64,000 bases of DNA, taken from NCBI GenBank assembly GCA_963727275.1, contig CAVSFK010000004.1, positions 69,076 to 133,075 of the forward strand, read 5' to 3'. A model generated the notes under the pieces. It made no database searches, was not told the DNA's origin, and worked only from the letters and a program-made list of their open reading frames with translations. This DNA comes from an uncultured Acidobacteriota bacterium. GTDB taxonomy: Bacteria > Acidobacteriota > Thermoanaerobaculia > Thermoanaerobaculales > Thermoanaerobaculaceae. Shown here piece by piece: positions 27,305-37,235 of the stretch (positions within the stretch are counted from its first letter, which is position 1; each line of letters begins with the position of its first letter). The translations under genes were made by a program, and so were the position numbers.

Positions 27305-28917
27305 TGTTCCCCCCGGGCTGGCGGGAGCGCGCCTGGGAGCGGCTCGGGGCGCCGCTCGACATCCTGGTGATCGGAGGCGGGATCACCGGCGCCGGGATCC
27401 TGCACGACGCGGCGCTGCGCGGCCTCTCGGTGGCGCTGGTGGAAAAGGGCGACTTCGGTTCCGCGACCTCGTCGCGGTCCTCCAAGCTGATCCACGGCGG
27501 GCTGCGCTACCTGCGCCGCATGCAACTGGGGATCACGCGCACGGCGTGCCGGGAGCGCGACCTGCTGGCCATGACCAACCCGCACCTGGTCTGGCCCGTG
27601 CGCTTCCTGTACCCGTCGTACGACGACGACATCACGCCGGGGTGGCAGGTGGACCTCGGCCTTTCGATGTACGACCACCTCACCCCTGTGCGCCACCACC
27701 ACGAGCGGGTGGATGCCGCGACGGCGACCGGTCTGGTGCCGCTGCTCGCCCGCGACGGACTCGGCTTCGGCCTGCTCTACGACGACGCGGTCGCCGACGA
27801 CGCGCGGCTCGTTCTCGCGGCCGTCGCGGCCGGGGTGCTCGCCGGCGGCGTGGCGGTCAGCTACGCCCGCGTCGATGAGCTGCTCGAAGGGGCGGGAGGC
27901 CGGATCGTCGGCGCGCGCGTGTCCGACCTGGAGACGGGCCGGGTTCACGAGGTGCGCGCCTCGGTGGTGGTCAACGCGACCGGGGTGTGGGCCGACGAGG
28001 TCCGATCGCTGGCCCGCGAGCTCAAGCCCCGGCTGCGCCCGTCGCGCGGGGCGCACGTGCTGTTCCCCCGCACCCGGCTGCCGCTCGACGTGGCGGTCAC
28101 CTCGCTCTCCCCGGACGACGGCCGGCCCGTCTTCGCGGTGCCGCACCCGGAAGGCACCCTCGTCGGAACGACCGACGTCTTTCACGACGGTCCGCTCGAC
28201 GATCCGCGCCCGACGGCGGAGGAGACCGCCTATCTCCTGCGCGCCGCCGCGCACGTGTTCCCGTCGGCCGGCTTGACGGCCGCGGACGTCTGCGGCGCGT
28301 TCGCCGGGGTGCGCCCGGTGCTCTCGAGCCGGGCGGCAACCCCCTCCGAGGCGTCCCGGGAAGAGGCGGTGTGGCGGGAGCGGGGGCTCGTGTCCACCGC
28401 GGGTGGCAAGTTGACGACGTTCCGCGCCACGGCCGAGAAAGTGGTCGACGTCGCGCTGGCGCTCCTGCCGGAGGAACGCCGGGACGGCGCCGGCCCGCCT
28501 CAAACCGAAGCCGTCGCCCTGCCCTGGCGGTGCGACCCGACCGCGACCGTGGCCGCATTGACCGGATCGGGCGTGACGGAGGCGGTCGCCGGCGGCCTGG
28601 TCCGCCGTCTGGGCGCGCTCGCCCTGCCGGCGGCGGTCTCCGCGCCCGATGCGTTGCGGCCGCTCGCCGACGGGCTCGACCTCTGCGGGGCCGAGCTCCT
28701 CTGGCAGCTCCGGGTCGGCGGGGTCGTCCACCTCGAGGACCTCGTGCTGCGCCGGGTGCGCCTGGGGATGTGGCAACCCCGGCGTTGCATGGAGCTGGCG
28801 CCGCGTTTGCGGCCGTTGCTCAGGCGTGCGGCCGGCTGGTCGGTCGCGCGCTGGAACGCGGAGCTCGCCCGCCTCGACCGCGCCGTCGGCAACTGGCTGC
28901 CCCCGGAGGGGCGATGA
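27304..28917 (+). CDS. glpD: FAD-dependent glycerol-3-phosphate dehydrogenase/oxidase
   Basis: DILVIGGGITGAGIL dinucleotide fold, followed by GDFGSATSSRSSKLIHGGLRYL (GlpD hallmark). The GTG start overlaps the preceding TAG. Confidence 0.85.
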   Translation: MFPPGWRERAWERLGAPLDILVIGGGITGAGILHDAALRGLSVALVEKGDFGSATSSRSSKLIHGGLRYLRRMQLGITRTACRERDLLAMTNPHLVWPVRFLYPSYDDDITPGWQVDLGLSMYDHLTPVRHHHERVDAATATGLVPLLARDGLGFGLLYDDAVADDARLVLAAVAAGVLAGGVAVSYARVDELLEGAGGRIVGARVSDLETGRVHEVRASVVVNATGVWADEVRSLARELKPRLRPSRGAHVLFPRTRLPLDVAVTSLSPDDGRPVFAVPHPEGTLVGTTDVFHDGPLDDPRPTAEETAYLLRAAAHVFPSAGLTAADVCGAFAGVRPVLSSRAATPSEASREEAVWRERGLVSTAGGKLTTFRATAEKVVDVALALLPEERRDGAGPPQTEAVALPWRCDPTATVAALTGSGVTEAVAGGLVRRLGALALPAAVSAPDALRPLADGLDLCGAELLWQLRVGGVVHLEDLVLRRVRLGMWQPRRCMELAPRLRPLLRRAAGWSVARWNAELARLDRAVGNWLPPEGR

Positions 28918-29822
28918 GCGGGACCGTGGTGCTCGTGAACCCGGCCGCGGGCGGCGGTCGCGCCGGCGGACTGTGGGCGCGCGTGCGGACCGCGGCGGAG
29001 AGGCTCGCCGCGGTGCGGGTCGTCACGCCGGGGAGCGCCGACGCCTCGCGCCTGGCCGTCCGCGAAGCGGTCGCGGCCGGGTGCGACCGCGTGGTGGCGG
29101 TCGGCGGCGACGGGACCACGCACCTGGTGGCCAACGCGCTCCTCGACGCGAACGCGACCGCGGTCACCCTCGGCATCGTGCCGGCGGGGACCGGCTCCGA
29201 CCTGGCGCGCTCGCTCTCGATCCCGCACGACCCGGATCGAGCGCTGCGCCGGGCGCTATTGGGTGCGCCGACGGCGGTCGACGCGGGGCGTTGCGTCGGC
29301 CCCGCCGGCAGCTTCGCCTTCGTCAACATCGCCTCGGCGGGGATATCGGGGATGGTCGACGAGGCCGTCAACGCGCGTCCGGAGCGCGGGCGCACCGCCT
29401 TCCTTCGCGCCACGCTGGCCGCGCTGCGCCGCTACGCCTGCGTCCCGGTCCGCGTTTCGGCGGACGGCGCGCCGTTCTTCGAAGGGCCGCTGTTCCTGCT
29501 CGCCGTCGCCAACGGGACCACGTTCGGGAAGGGGATGCGCATCGCGCCGACGGCGGTCGTCGACGACGGTCTCTTCGACGTGGTGGCCGTGGCCGAGATC
29601 GCCGGTCCGGAACTGCTCCTGCGGCTGCCGCAGGTCTACCTCGGCCGCCACATGCGCGCCCGGCCCGTTTCCTGGCGCCGGGCCAGGGAGCTTCGCATCG
29701 AGCCGGCCGCGCCGTTGCCCCCATTCGACGTCGACGGCGAGACGTACCCGTCCGGCGCGGCCACGTTCACCGTGCTGCCCGGGGCGCTCCGCGTCGCCGG
29801 GCCGGTCGCCGACGGCGACTGA
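28914..29822 (+). CDS. diacylglycerol/lipid kinase family protein (YegS/BmrU-like)
   Basis: VVLVNPAAGGGRA and VVAVGGDGTTHLVANAL motifs. ATGA overlap with glpD. Confidence 0.8.
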   Translation: MSGTVVLVNPAAGGGRAGGLWARVRTAAERLAAVRVVTPGSADASRLAVREAVAAGCDRVVAVGGDGTTHLVANALLDANATAVTLGIVPAGTGSDLARSLSIPHDPDRALRRALLGAPTAVDAGRCVGPAGSFAFVNIASAGISGMVDEAVNARPERGRTAFLRATLAALRRYACVPVRVSADGAPFFEGPLFLLAVANGTTFGKGMRIAPTAVVDDGLFDVVAVAEIAGPELLLRLPQVYLGRHMRARPVSWRRARELRIEPAAPLPPFDVDGETYPSGAATFTVLPGALRVAGPVADGD

Positions 29823-29940
29823 GCCCCGCGCGGTCCCGGCGGCGCTTCCGGGTCGCGATCCGCGGGCGGCGCGGGACGGGCGCCCTCGGTCGGTCCCGGC
29901 AGGCTTGACCGGGCGGGGGCAACACCGCACACTTCGGGCG

Positions 29941-31221
29941 ATGAAGCCGCTCGTGCTGATCGTCGACGACGAGCCGGGGATCCTGACCGAGCTGTCGCAC
30001 ATCCTCGAGGACGAGGGGTTTCGCACCTTGACCACCGGCCGCGGCGAGGAAGCGCTCCAGCTCTACCGCAGCCGCCGGCCCACCGTGGTCTTCCTCGACA
30101 TCTGGCTGCCGGACCGCGACGGCCTGGAGACGCTGCGGGCGCTCCGCGAGATCGACCCCGCGGCCGCCGTGATCATGATCTCGGGGCACGGGACCGCACC
30201 CACGGCGGTCACGGCGATCAAGATGGGCGCCTACGACTACCTGGAGAAACCGCTCGCCTACAGCCGGGTCCTGGAGGCGTTGACCGGTGCGCTGGCCAGC
30301 AAGGGCGCCGGCGCGGCCCAGCTCGATCTCGGCAAGGGGCCCGAGCCCGCCCGCCAGTTCCTGCCGCCGCCGGAGCTTCCCCTGCTGCGTGTAAGCTCGA
30401 CGCCGCAGCGGACGATCGGGTCGAGCACGGTGATCTACGGGCTCGGGCTGCACTCGGGCCGCCGCACCGGGATGGCGATGCTGCCCCTGCCGCCGAACAG
30501 CGGCGTCCACTTCCTGACGCTGCCCAAGGGTACCCAGATCCCGGCCCACCTCGGGTCGGTGGCCGAGACCGAATACGCGACGACGCTTTCGCGCGACGGC
30601 GAGAGCATACGCACGGTCGAGCACCTGCTCGCCGCCCTGCACGCCTGCGGGATCACCAACCTGCTCGTCAAGGTGCACGGCGAGATCCCGGTCCTCGACG
30701 GCTCCGCGCTCGCCTTCTGCGAGCGCCTGGAGGAGATCGGCATCGAGGATCAGGACGCGCCGCGCAAGGAGCTCGTCATCGACCGCCGGTACGAGCTCGA
30801 CGGGAGCGGCGGCAAGAGCCTCGTAGTGGAGCCGGCCGAGGTCCTCTCGGTCGCCTACCGGCTCCGCTACCCGCCGCCCGTGGGCGAGCAGTTCTACGAC
30901 TTCACGCTCTCGAGCTTCGCCGCGTTCAAGGCGGATATCGCCCCCGCGCGTACGTTCGGGTTCATGCGCGACCTGCCGATGATGGCGGAGCTCGGGCTCG
31001 GCTCGGGGGGCCGCCTCGACAACTGCATCCTGATCGGGGAGGACAACGTCATCAACACCGAGCTCCGTTTCCCCGACGAGTTCGTCCGCCACAAGATCCT
31101 GGACGTCATCGGCGACCTCTACCTGCTCGGCTACCCGATCCGCGGTCGGGTCACGGCGTGCCTCACCGGCCACCGCGACAACATCGCCGTCCAGCGGAAG
31201 ATCCTCGCCGCGGCGAGCTGA
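29941..31221 (+). CDS. lpxC: response-regulator receiver domain fused to UDP-3-O-acyl-N-acetylglucosamine deacetylase
   Basis: REC features at aa 1 to about 120: LIVDDEPGI, VVFLDIWLPDRDG, MISGHG, YLEKP. LpxC features from about aa 150 to 426: GLGLHSGR, TVEHLLAAL, LDGSA, ARTFGFMRD, FPDEFVRHKILDVIGDLYLLG, TGHRDN. Confidence 0.85.
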   Translation: MKPLVLIVDDEPGILTELSHILEDEGFRTLTTGRGEEALQLYRSRRPTVVFLDIWLPDRDGLETLRALREIDPAAAVIMISGHGTAPTAVTAIKMGAYDYLEKPLAYSRVLEALTGALASKGAGAAQLDLGKGPEPARQFLPPPELPLLRVSSTPQRTIGSSTVIYGLGLHSGRRTGMAMLPLPPNSGVHFLTLPKGTQIPAHLGSVAETEYATTLSRDGESIRTVEHLLAALHACGITNLLVKVHGEIPVLDGSALAFCERLEEIGIEDQDAPRKELVIDRRYELDGSGGKSLVVEPAEVLSVAYRLRYPPPVGEQFYDFTLSSFAAFKADIAPARTFGFMRDLPMMAELGLGSGGRLDNCILIGEDNVINTELRFPDEFVRHKILDVIGDLYLLGYPIRGRVTACLTGHRDNIAVQRKILAAAS

Positions 31222-31367
31222 CCGCGGCCGCCCCCGATCCGCCCTCCGGCTCGCCTCTTGTGTGCCGCGCCCGGGGAGGAATAGACTCGCTTGCCCCCGC
31301 ACGCGGGGCGACGCGAGGCGGATTTCCCAAAAATCTCGAAACCGACGACGAAAGGGGACGACACGCA

Positions 31368-32492
31368 ATGGCGGACAAGAAGGCGGACCTGGCGGGACCC
31401 GGCATCAGCACCTACGAGGAGGTCGACAAGGTCCTTCCTAGCGACTACAGCTCGATCCTGACCCCGAAAGAGACGCAGATCGCGATCACCTCGATCAAGC
31501 GGTACATCGAGGACGGCCTCTGCCGGGAACTCAACCTGTTCCGGGTCGAGGTCCCGCTCATCGTCAGCAAGGAGAGCGGCGTCAACGACTATCTCGACCG
31601 CGACGGATCTCGGACGCCGATCGAGTTCCCCTGCGGGCTCGGCCTCCCGAAGCGCATCGACACCCAGGTCGTGCAGGCGGCCACCAAGTGGAAGAGGATG
31701 GCCTTGAAGGAATTCGGCTGCAACGTCGGGGAAGGGATCGTCACCGACATGCGCGCCGTTCGCAAGGACTACTTCCTCGACCACGACCACTCCGCGTACG
31801 TCGATCAGTGGGACTGGGAAAGGGTGATGACGCCGGAGCAGCGCAACCTCGAGTTCCTCAAGGACGTCGTGAAGAGGATCTGGAAAGTGCTGCGCGGCGC
31901 GCAGGCGCACGCGTACGAGCTCTTCCCCAAGCTCAAGGGCCGCTACCCGGAGGTGCCCGACGAGCTCAAGTTCCTCCACGCGGAAGAGATCCTCGAGATG
32001 TACCCGGAGCTTCCCCGCAAGCAGAGGGAGACGCAGATCCTGCAGCGCTACCCCGCCGTCTTCATCATCGGGATCGGGTGGGTGCTCGCGGACGGCTACC
32101 CGCACGAGATGCGAGCCGCGGACTACGACGACTGGGTGACGGACACCTCGGGCGAGACGGGCAAATCGACGCACGGCCTCAACGGCGACATCCTGGTGTG
32201 GAACCCGGTCACCAAGCGCCGCCACGAGCTGTCCTCGATGGGCATCCGCGTCACCAAGGGCACGCTGAAGACCCAGCTGGAGCTCTCGAGCCAGCTCGAC
32301 TTCCTCAAGCTGCCGTACCACAAGGCGATCCTCAACGACGAGATCCCGCTCTCCGTCGGCGGCGGCATCGGGCAGTCGCGCACGCTCATGTACCTGCTCA
32401 AGAAGGCCCACCTGGGCGAGGTGAGCGTCACCGTGTGGCCGAGGCAGCTCAAGGAGATCTGCGCGCGGAAGAACATCCACGTGCTGGAGTGA
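31368..32492 (+). CDS. asnA: aspartate--ammonia ligase (asparagine synthetase A)
   Basis: YVDQWDWERVM, LNGDILVWNPV, ELSSMGIRV and GGGIGQSR motifs. Confidence 0.92.
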   Translation: MADKKADLAGPGISTYEEVDKVLPSDYSSILTPKETQIAITSIKRYIEDGLCRELNLFRVEVPLIVSKESGVNDYLDRDGSRTPIEFPCGLGLPKRIDTQVVQAATKWKRMALKEFGCNVGEGIVTDMRAVRKDYFLDHDHSAYVDQWDWERVMTPEQRNLEFLKDVVKRIWKVLRGAQAHAYELFPKLKGRYPEVPDELKFLHAEEILEMYPELPRKQRETQILQRYPAVFIIGIGWVLADGYPHEMRAADYDDWVTDTSGETGKSTHGLNGDILVWNPVTKRRHELSSMGIRVTKGTLKTQLELSSQLDFLKLPYHKAILNDEIPLSVGGGIGQSRTLMYLLKKAHLGEVSVTVWPRQLKEICARKNIHVLE

Positions 32493-32541
32493 GCCCGGGC
32501 TGAAGGCCGCCGCGGCGGCCCTCAGGTCTCGTGATCGGCGG

Positions 32542-32904
32542 TCATTGATCGCCGGCGTGCTGCTGCGGAGCGACGCTGGCCCGCTCGAATTGGGTGCGGA
32601 CGATGATGCCGCTATCGTCCACGAGGAAGACCCGCGAGGCCACGAAGTCCGCGAGCTGGGGTGCGCTGTCGGCGCTGTCGATGTCCGGCGCTTCGACGCC
32701 TGTCCCGTGGGCCTCCCAGATGTAGAGAGTGCCGCCGTAGGGGTACGCCATGATCCGGTCGGCCGGGCCGATGCTGGCGACCAGCTCGTTGATGCGGTGG
32801 CCCTCCCACCGCCTGTCGTTGACGGCCGTCGAGGCGCACCCCGCGATCAGGGCCGTCAAGGAAACCACGATTGCCGCAGGGACCCACGTTCGCGCCGTTC
32901 TCAT
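32542..32904 (-). CDS. lipoprotein, hypothetical
   Basis: Signal peptide with lipobox SLTALIAGC. No recognisable domain. Confidence 0.6.
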   Translation of the reverse strand: MRTARTWVPAAIVVSLTALIAGCASTAVNDRRWEGHRINELVASIGPADRIMAYPYGGTLYIWEAHGTGVEAPDIDSADSAPQLADFVASRVFLVDDSGIIVRTQFERASVAPQQHAGDQ

Positions 32905-33165
32905 GTCGCCCTCCCCGTCGCACCTCATCGGACCGTCCCGCCCGACCCCCTGACCCTGCTCCCTCGACCTCTGCGGCGGCTGCCGGTGGGAACGCAGTCG
33001 CGGTAGAGACTCATTTCCAGTATCATGAGATCGGGGGCGGAACCGGGCGCGGCCGTGATGCGGCGCACAGGCGCCGGGACGGAGGCCCTGGCCCTTAGCC
33101 CTGTCAACCATGCGGCACCCGTGGTCGTCGTAGCGTGTGGCGGGACGACGGAGGAGGGTATCGGT

Positions 33166-33570
33166 ATGACTGGCGTGCGGTGGCGTAGCGTGGCGTTGGC
33201 GATGCTCGGTCTCGGCGCGGTGGTGACGCTGGCCGCGTGCAGCACCGTTTCGATCTCCTCCATGCGGTACGTCGGCGCACCAACCGTCGCCCCGACCGAG
33301 CCCTCGGGGGTCGTCCTGTTGCGGCGCGCGCCGGTCCGTCCTCACGAGCGTCTCGGGGAGGTGCGTGTCGAGCCGTCCGGGAGCCCCCCTGTGGCCGAGA
33401 TTGAACAGGCGATCCGGGTCGAGGCCGCCAAGCTGGGCGCGGACGCCGCGGTGCTCGTCTACGACCGGACCCGGCGTGTCGGGACGATCGTCCAGGGCCC
33501 GTGGTGGGGGCGCACCGCCTCGCCGATCTTCGGCCGGGTCATCATCGCGGTCGCGATCCGCTATCGGTAG
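33166..33570 (+). CDS. lipoprotein, hypothetical
   Basis: Lipobox VVTLAAC. GGAGGAGGG lies upstream of the ATG at 33166. Confidence 0.6.
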   Translation: MTGVRWRSVALAMLGLGAVVTLAACSTVSISSMRYVGAPTVAPTEPSGVVLLRRAPVRPHERLGEVRVEPSGSPPVAEIEQAIRVEAAKLGADAAVLVYDRTRRVGTIVQGPWWGRTASPIFGRVIIAVAIRYR

Positions 33571-33725
33571 CGACCGAGGCGCCCGGGGGTCGGCCCGGCG
33601 GACGGGCGGCCTGCGGCACGAGCGGCAAGCCTGACCGCGTCGCGCGGCGTCTCCCCGAAACGCCGTTGCGGTTGCGGACGACCCTGGCCGCGGGGGGGCA
33701 CGCGCTATCCTGCCGCGGGCCCGGG

Positions 33726-35102
33726 GTGGCCTCGTATGTCGCAGAGCCGGCCATCCCGGTCGCGAGCGTGGAGCAGCCTCAGACCCTGACCGTGGGCCGG
33801 ATCTTCCGGTTCTGGGCGCCGCTGGCGGCGACCTGGCTGATGATGTCGATCGAGGGGCCGTTCCTGGCGGCCGTGATCGCGCGGCTCGGCCAGGCCAAGT
33901 TCAACCTGGCGGCGTTCGGGGTGGCGTTCTCGTTCGCGATGCTCAACGAGGCGCCGATCATCATGATGATGAGCGCCAGCGTCGCGCTCGTCAGCGACCG
34001 CCAGTCGTTCCTCGCCCTGCGCCGGTTCGCCTACACCCTCAACGCCGTCATCACGCTCGTGATGGGCCTCGTCCTCGTGCCGCCGGTCTTCGGGTTCCTC
34101 GCCGAACGCCTCATCGGCCTCCCGCACGAGGTCGCCGCCCTCACCCACGTCGCGACGGCGATCCTCGTCCCCTGGCCGGCCGCAATCGGCTACCGCCGCT
34201 TCTACCAGGGGATTCTCATCCGCGCCAACCTGACCCGGCGCGTGGCCTACGGGACGGTGGTCCGTGTGCTGGCGATGGCGATCACGGCCATCGCGCTGTA
34301 CGCCAGCACGTCGATCCCGGGCGCCTTCGTCGGGGCGGCCGCGCTCTCCGCCGGCGTGACTGCGGAGGCGGTGGCGAGCCGGTTCATGGCGCGGGCGTCC
34401 GTGCGGCGCCTCCTCGCCGACGCCGAACCGCGGCCGGCCGTCGGGCCGCTGACGACGCCGGCGATCCTCAGCCTTTACGCGCCGCTCGCCCTCACCTCGA
34501 TGCTCACGCTGGGCGTCAACCCCCTGGTCACGTTCTTCCTCGGGCGCGGCCGCGCCGCCCTCGACTCGCTCGCGATCTGGCCGGTCGTCGCGTCCATGGT
34601 GTTCGTGTTCCGCAGCGGCGGCGTCGCCTACCAGGAGGTGGGGATTGCCCTTCTCGGCGACGACCGCCGCGGCTTCGCCGCCTTACGCCGCTTCGCCGGG
34701 CTGCTCGCCCTCGGCACGGCCGGCGCGCTCGCGGTCGTGGCGTTCTCACCGCTCGCCTCGTGGTGGCTGTCCGTGGTCTCCGGGCTGTCGAGGGAGCTGA
34801 GCAGGTTCGCGCTCACCCCGCTGCGGGTCCTGGCCATCATGCCGGCCCTCGAGGTGCTGCTCTCGTTCCAACGCTCGCTCCTGGTGCACGCGCGCCAGAC
34901 GGCGCGGATCACCTGGGCGACCGCCGTGGAGGTGAGCGGCATCATCGCGGTCCTCGCGGTGGGGGTGGCGGCGTTCGACGCCGTCGGCGCCGTCGCCGCC
35001 GCCGTCGCGATCCTGGTCGGCCGCGTCGCCGCCAACGCCCTCCTGAGCCGGCACGCACCGGGGCCCGGTGCGGTCCGCGCGAGCGGGGTGGCTAGCGGGT
35101 GA
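33726..35102 (+). CDS. polytopic membrane protein, MOP/MATE-flippase-like
   Basis: About 12 hydrophobic helices with two-fold internal symmetry. The start is uncertain; GTG at 33726 or 33768 are candidates. Confidence 0.55.
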   Translation: MASYVAEPAIPVASVEQPQTLTVGRIFRFWAPLAATWLMMSIEGPFLAAVIARLGQAKFNLAAFGVAFSFAMLNEAPIIMMMSASVALVSDRQSFLALRRFAYTLNAVITLVMGLVLVPPVFGFLAERLIGLPHEVAALTHVATAILVPWPAAIGYRRFYQGILIRANLTRRVAYGTVVRVLAMAITAIALYASTSIPGAFVGAAALSAGVTAEAVASRFMARASVRRLLADAEPRPAVGPLTTPAILSLYAPLALTSMLTLGVNPLVTFFLGRGRAALDSLAIWPVVASMVFVFRSGGVAYQEVGIALLGDDRRGFAALRRFAGLLALGTAGALAVVAFSPLASWWLSVVSGLSRELSRFALTPLRVLAIMPALEVLLSFQRSLLVHARQTARITWATAVEVSGIIAVLAVGVAAFDAVGAVAAAVAILVGRVAANALLSRHAPGPGAVRASGVASG

Positions 35103-37192
35103 GGCGCGGGAGGTGTCGGCGGGGGGCGCGCGCCACGTCGAACCGGATCACCGCCGCGCCGCCGGGCCGGCCGTCCCCGCTCGGCAATGCGCCGGGGTCG
35201 TCGGCCGTGCGGACCTCGCCGTCGAGCGGTTGGACCGAGGCGGCGTCCACGACCGTGTCGGCGATCGTCAGCGTGTAGCGGTCGGGCGCCAACGGGTGGG
35301 CCGGCGTGAGCGTGGCCGTCGCGCCGCCGCGGTCGTACGCGAACGCACACGGCACGGGACCGACGGTCGCGCCCGCGAGCCAATAGTCGGCCGCGCGCGT
35401 GACAACGTCCTCCTGGAAGACGACTCGGACCGCCGCGACGAACGCCGACGGCACGCGGGCGCCGGGAGCAGGGTCGGTCGCCACGACGCGAGGCGGACCG
35501 AGGGCGAACGCCGCCGCCGTCACGTCGCTCGCCAGCACCCAGCCGCCGGGGTCGAGCGCGACCGCATCGACGCGCCCGGCGGCGGGGAGGAGGAAGTGCT
35601 GCGTGCGGGCGACGTTCCAGATCACGTGGGTGGCGTCGCGGTCGCCCGAGGTCACACGGACGTCGATCGGCATCGCGAACGTGGGCCAACCGGTGTCCTG
35701 GGTCTGGGCCACGGACAGCTCGACCCAGTCCCTTCCGCCGGCGGTCGTCTCGCGCCAGCCGAAACGGTAGGATGGCGCTCCGATCCCGTAGAGCCAGGGG
35801 TCGAAGAACCAGACCAGGCTGCTCCCGTAGGACGTCTCGGCCACGGTGCGGAAGTCCTCGGTGGTGGCGGCGGCGTAGGCGTAGAGGTTCCTGTAGGCCG
35901 CGAGCGTCGCGAAGAAGCGTTCGTCCCCCAGCACGTGCCGCAGCATGTGCAGCACCCATCCGGCCTTGAGGTAGCTGAAGTCCTTGGAGAAGATGCGGCT
36001 TTCGCTGCCGACGTCGTCCACGTACACGCTGCCGTCGACCCGCTGCGGCCGCCGGGCCGCCATCGCCCCGGCGAGGGCCTGCGCGCCGTCGCCGCCTGCC
36101 TGACGTTCGAGCCAGAGCGCCTCCGAGTAGGTCGCGAACCCCTCGTTGAGCCAGACGTCGTGCCAGGTGGCGCAGGTCACGAGGTCGCCCCACCACTGGT
36201 GCGAGAGCTCGTGGGCGGTGAGCGCCTCGTCGAAGCGTCCCTGGCCCGTCATCGTCTGGTGCTCCATCCCCCCGGGGAAACCGAACTCGTAGATGCCGTA
36301 CTTCTCCTCGGCAAACGGGTAGGCGCCGAAAAGCGTCGAGAATGCGTCGAGCATGGAGAGGCTCTCGAGCCAGCGGTCCCGGTTGGACGGGGTGTCGTGC
36401 TCCGGGAAGATGAAGAACTCGACGGGGGTCGGAATGCCCACCGTGCCACCACGTAGCGGAGAACGTCCGGTAGTCGGTCGCCGAGAAGCACAGCAGGTAC
36501 GGCGCCGTCGGGTAGCGGGTCGTCCAGCGGAAGCGCGTGCGGCCGCCGCCGGCCGCTTCGGGCGGCGCCGCGACCCCGTTGGCCGCGACGGACATTCCGG
36601 CGGGGACCGTGATCGCCAGCGCCGCGGTCGCCTTGTCGCCGTTGTCGTCCTTGGCGGGCCACCAGGTGTACGCGTACCACGGCTCGGAGAGCGTCCACAC
36701 CAGCGGGGCGCCGCCGCGGCTCGCGAACGTGATCCCCCCGAACCCGCCCGCCGACGGGTAGCCGTCGTACGCGACCTCGAGGACGAACTCGGCGCCGGAG
36801 GCGACCGGCCTGGGCAACCCGACCTCGACCGTCGTGTCGTCCAGCCGGCGCCAGCTCGCGGGGGCGCCGTCCGCGAGCAGCTCGCTGATCCGGAAGCGAC
36901 CCGAGAGGCGCAGCCGGAACGCCGTCACCCCGTCCTTCACCGCGCGCACGCGAATCGTGTTGCGCCCGCCGAGCCATCCCGACGACGGTCGAATCTCGAT
37001 CTCGAGGTCGTAGTGCTGGACGTCGGCGTCGCCGGCGGTCGGGTCCGGCGCGAGGTCGCGAGCGGCGGCCCGACTGCGGCAGGAAGCGAGCGCCGCGCGC
37101 CCGCGGGCGCACGCGCCGACCGAGTCGTCGTCCGTGGGCGGCGCCGCCGCCAACGGTGGCACGACCGCCGCGAGGAGGAGCGCCGCGATCAC
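35092..37192 (-). pseudogene. M1-family zinc aminopeptidase, secreted, interrupted by a frameshift at about 36438
   Basis: The N-terminal part (37192 down to about 36440) reads MIAALLLAAV..WYAYTWWPAKDDNGDKAT..FSATWWHGG. It continues in another frame as (V)GIPTPVEFFIFPEHD...GGMEHQTM...HELSHQWWGDLVT...WLNEGFATY (ORF 35092-36441). Length is 2101 nt = 3n+1. Confidence 0.85.
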
Positions 37193-37235
37193 GGCCGGGA
37201 TCGCCGGAGGGCGACGCGGGAAGGCTCGGACCGGA

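Noticed and set aside
25138-28776. Large minus-strand ORFs 25138-26979 (613 aa) and 27151-28776 (541 aa)
   Set aside because: They are Arg/Pro/Ala-rich low-complexity translations antisense to the AGPS-like and glpD genes. These are typical shadow ORFs of high-GC DNA with no recognisable motifs.
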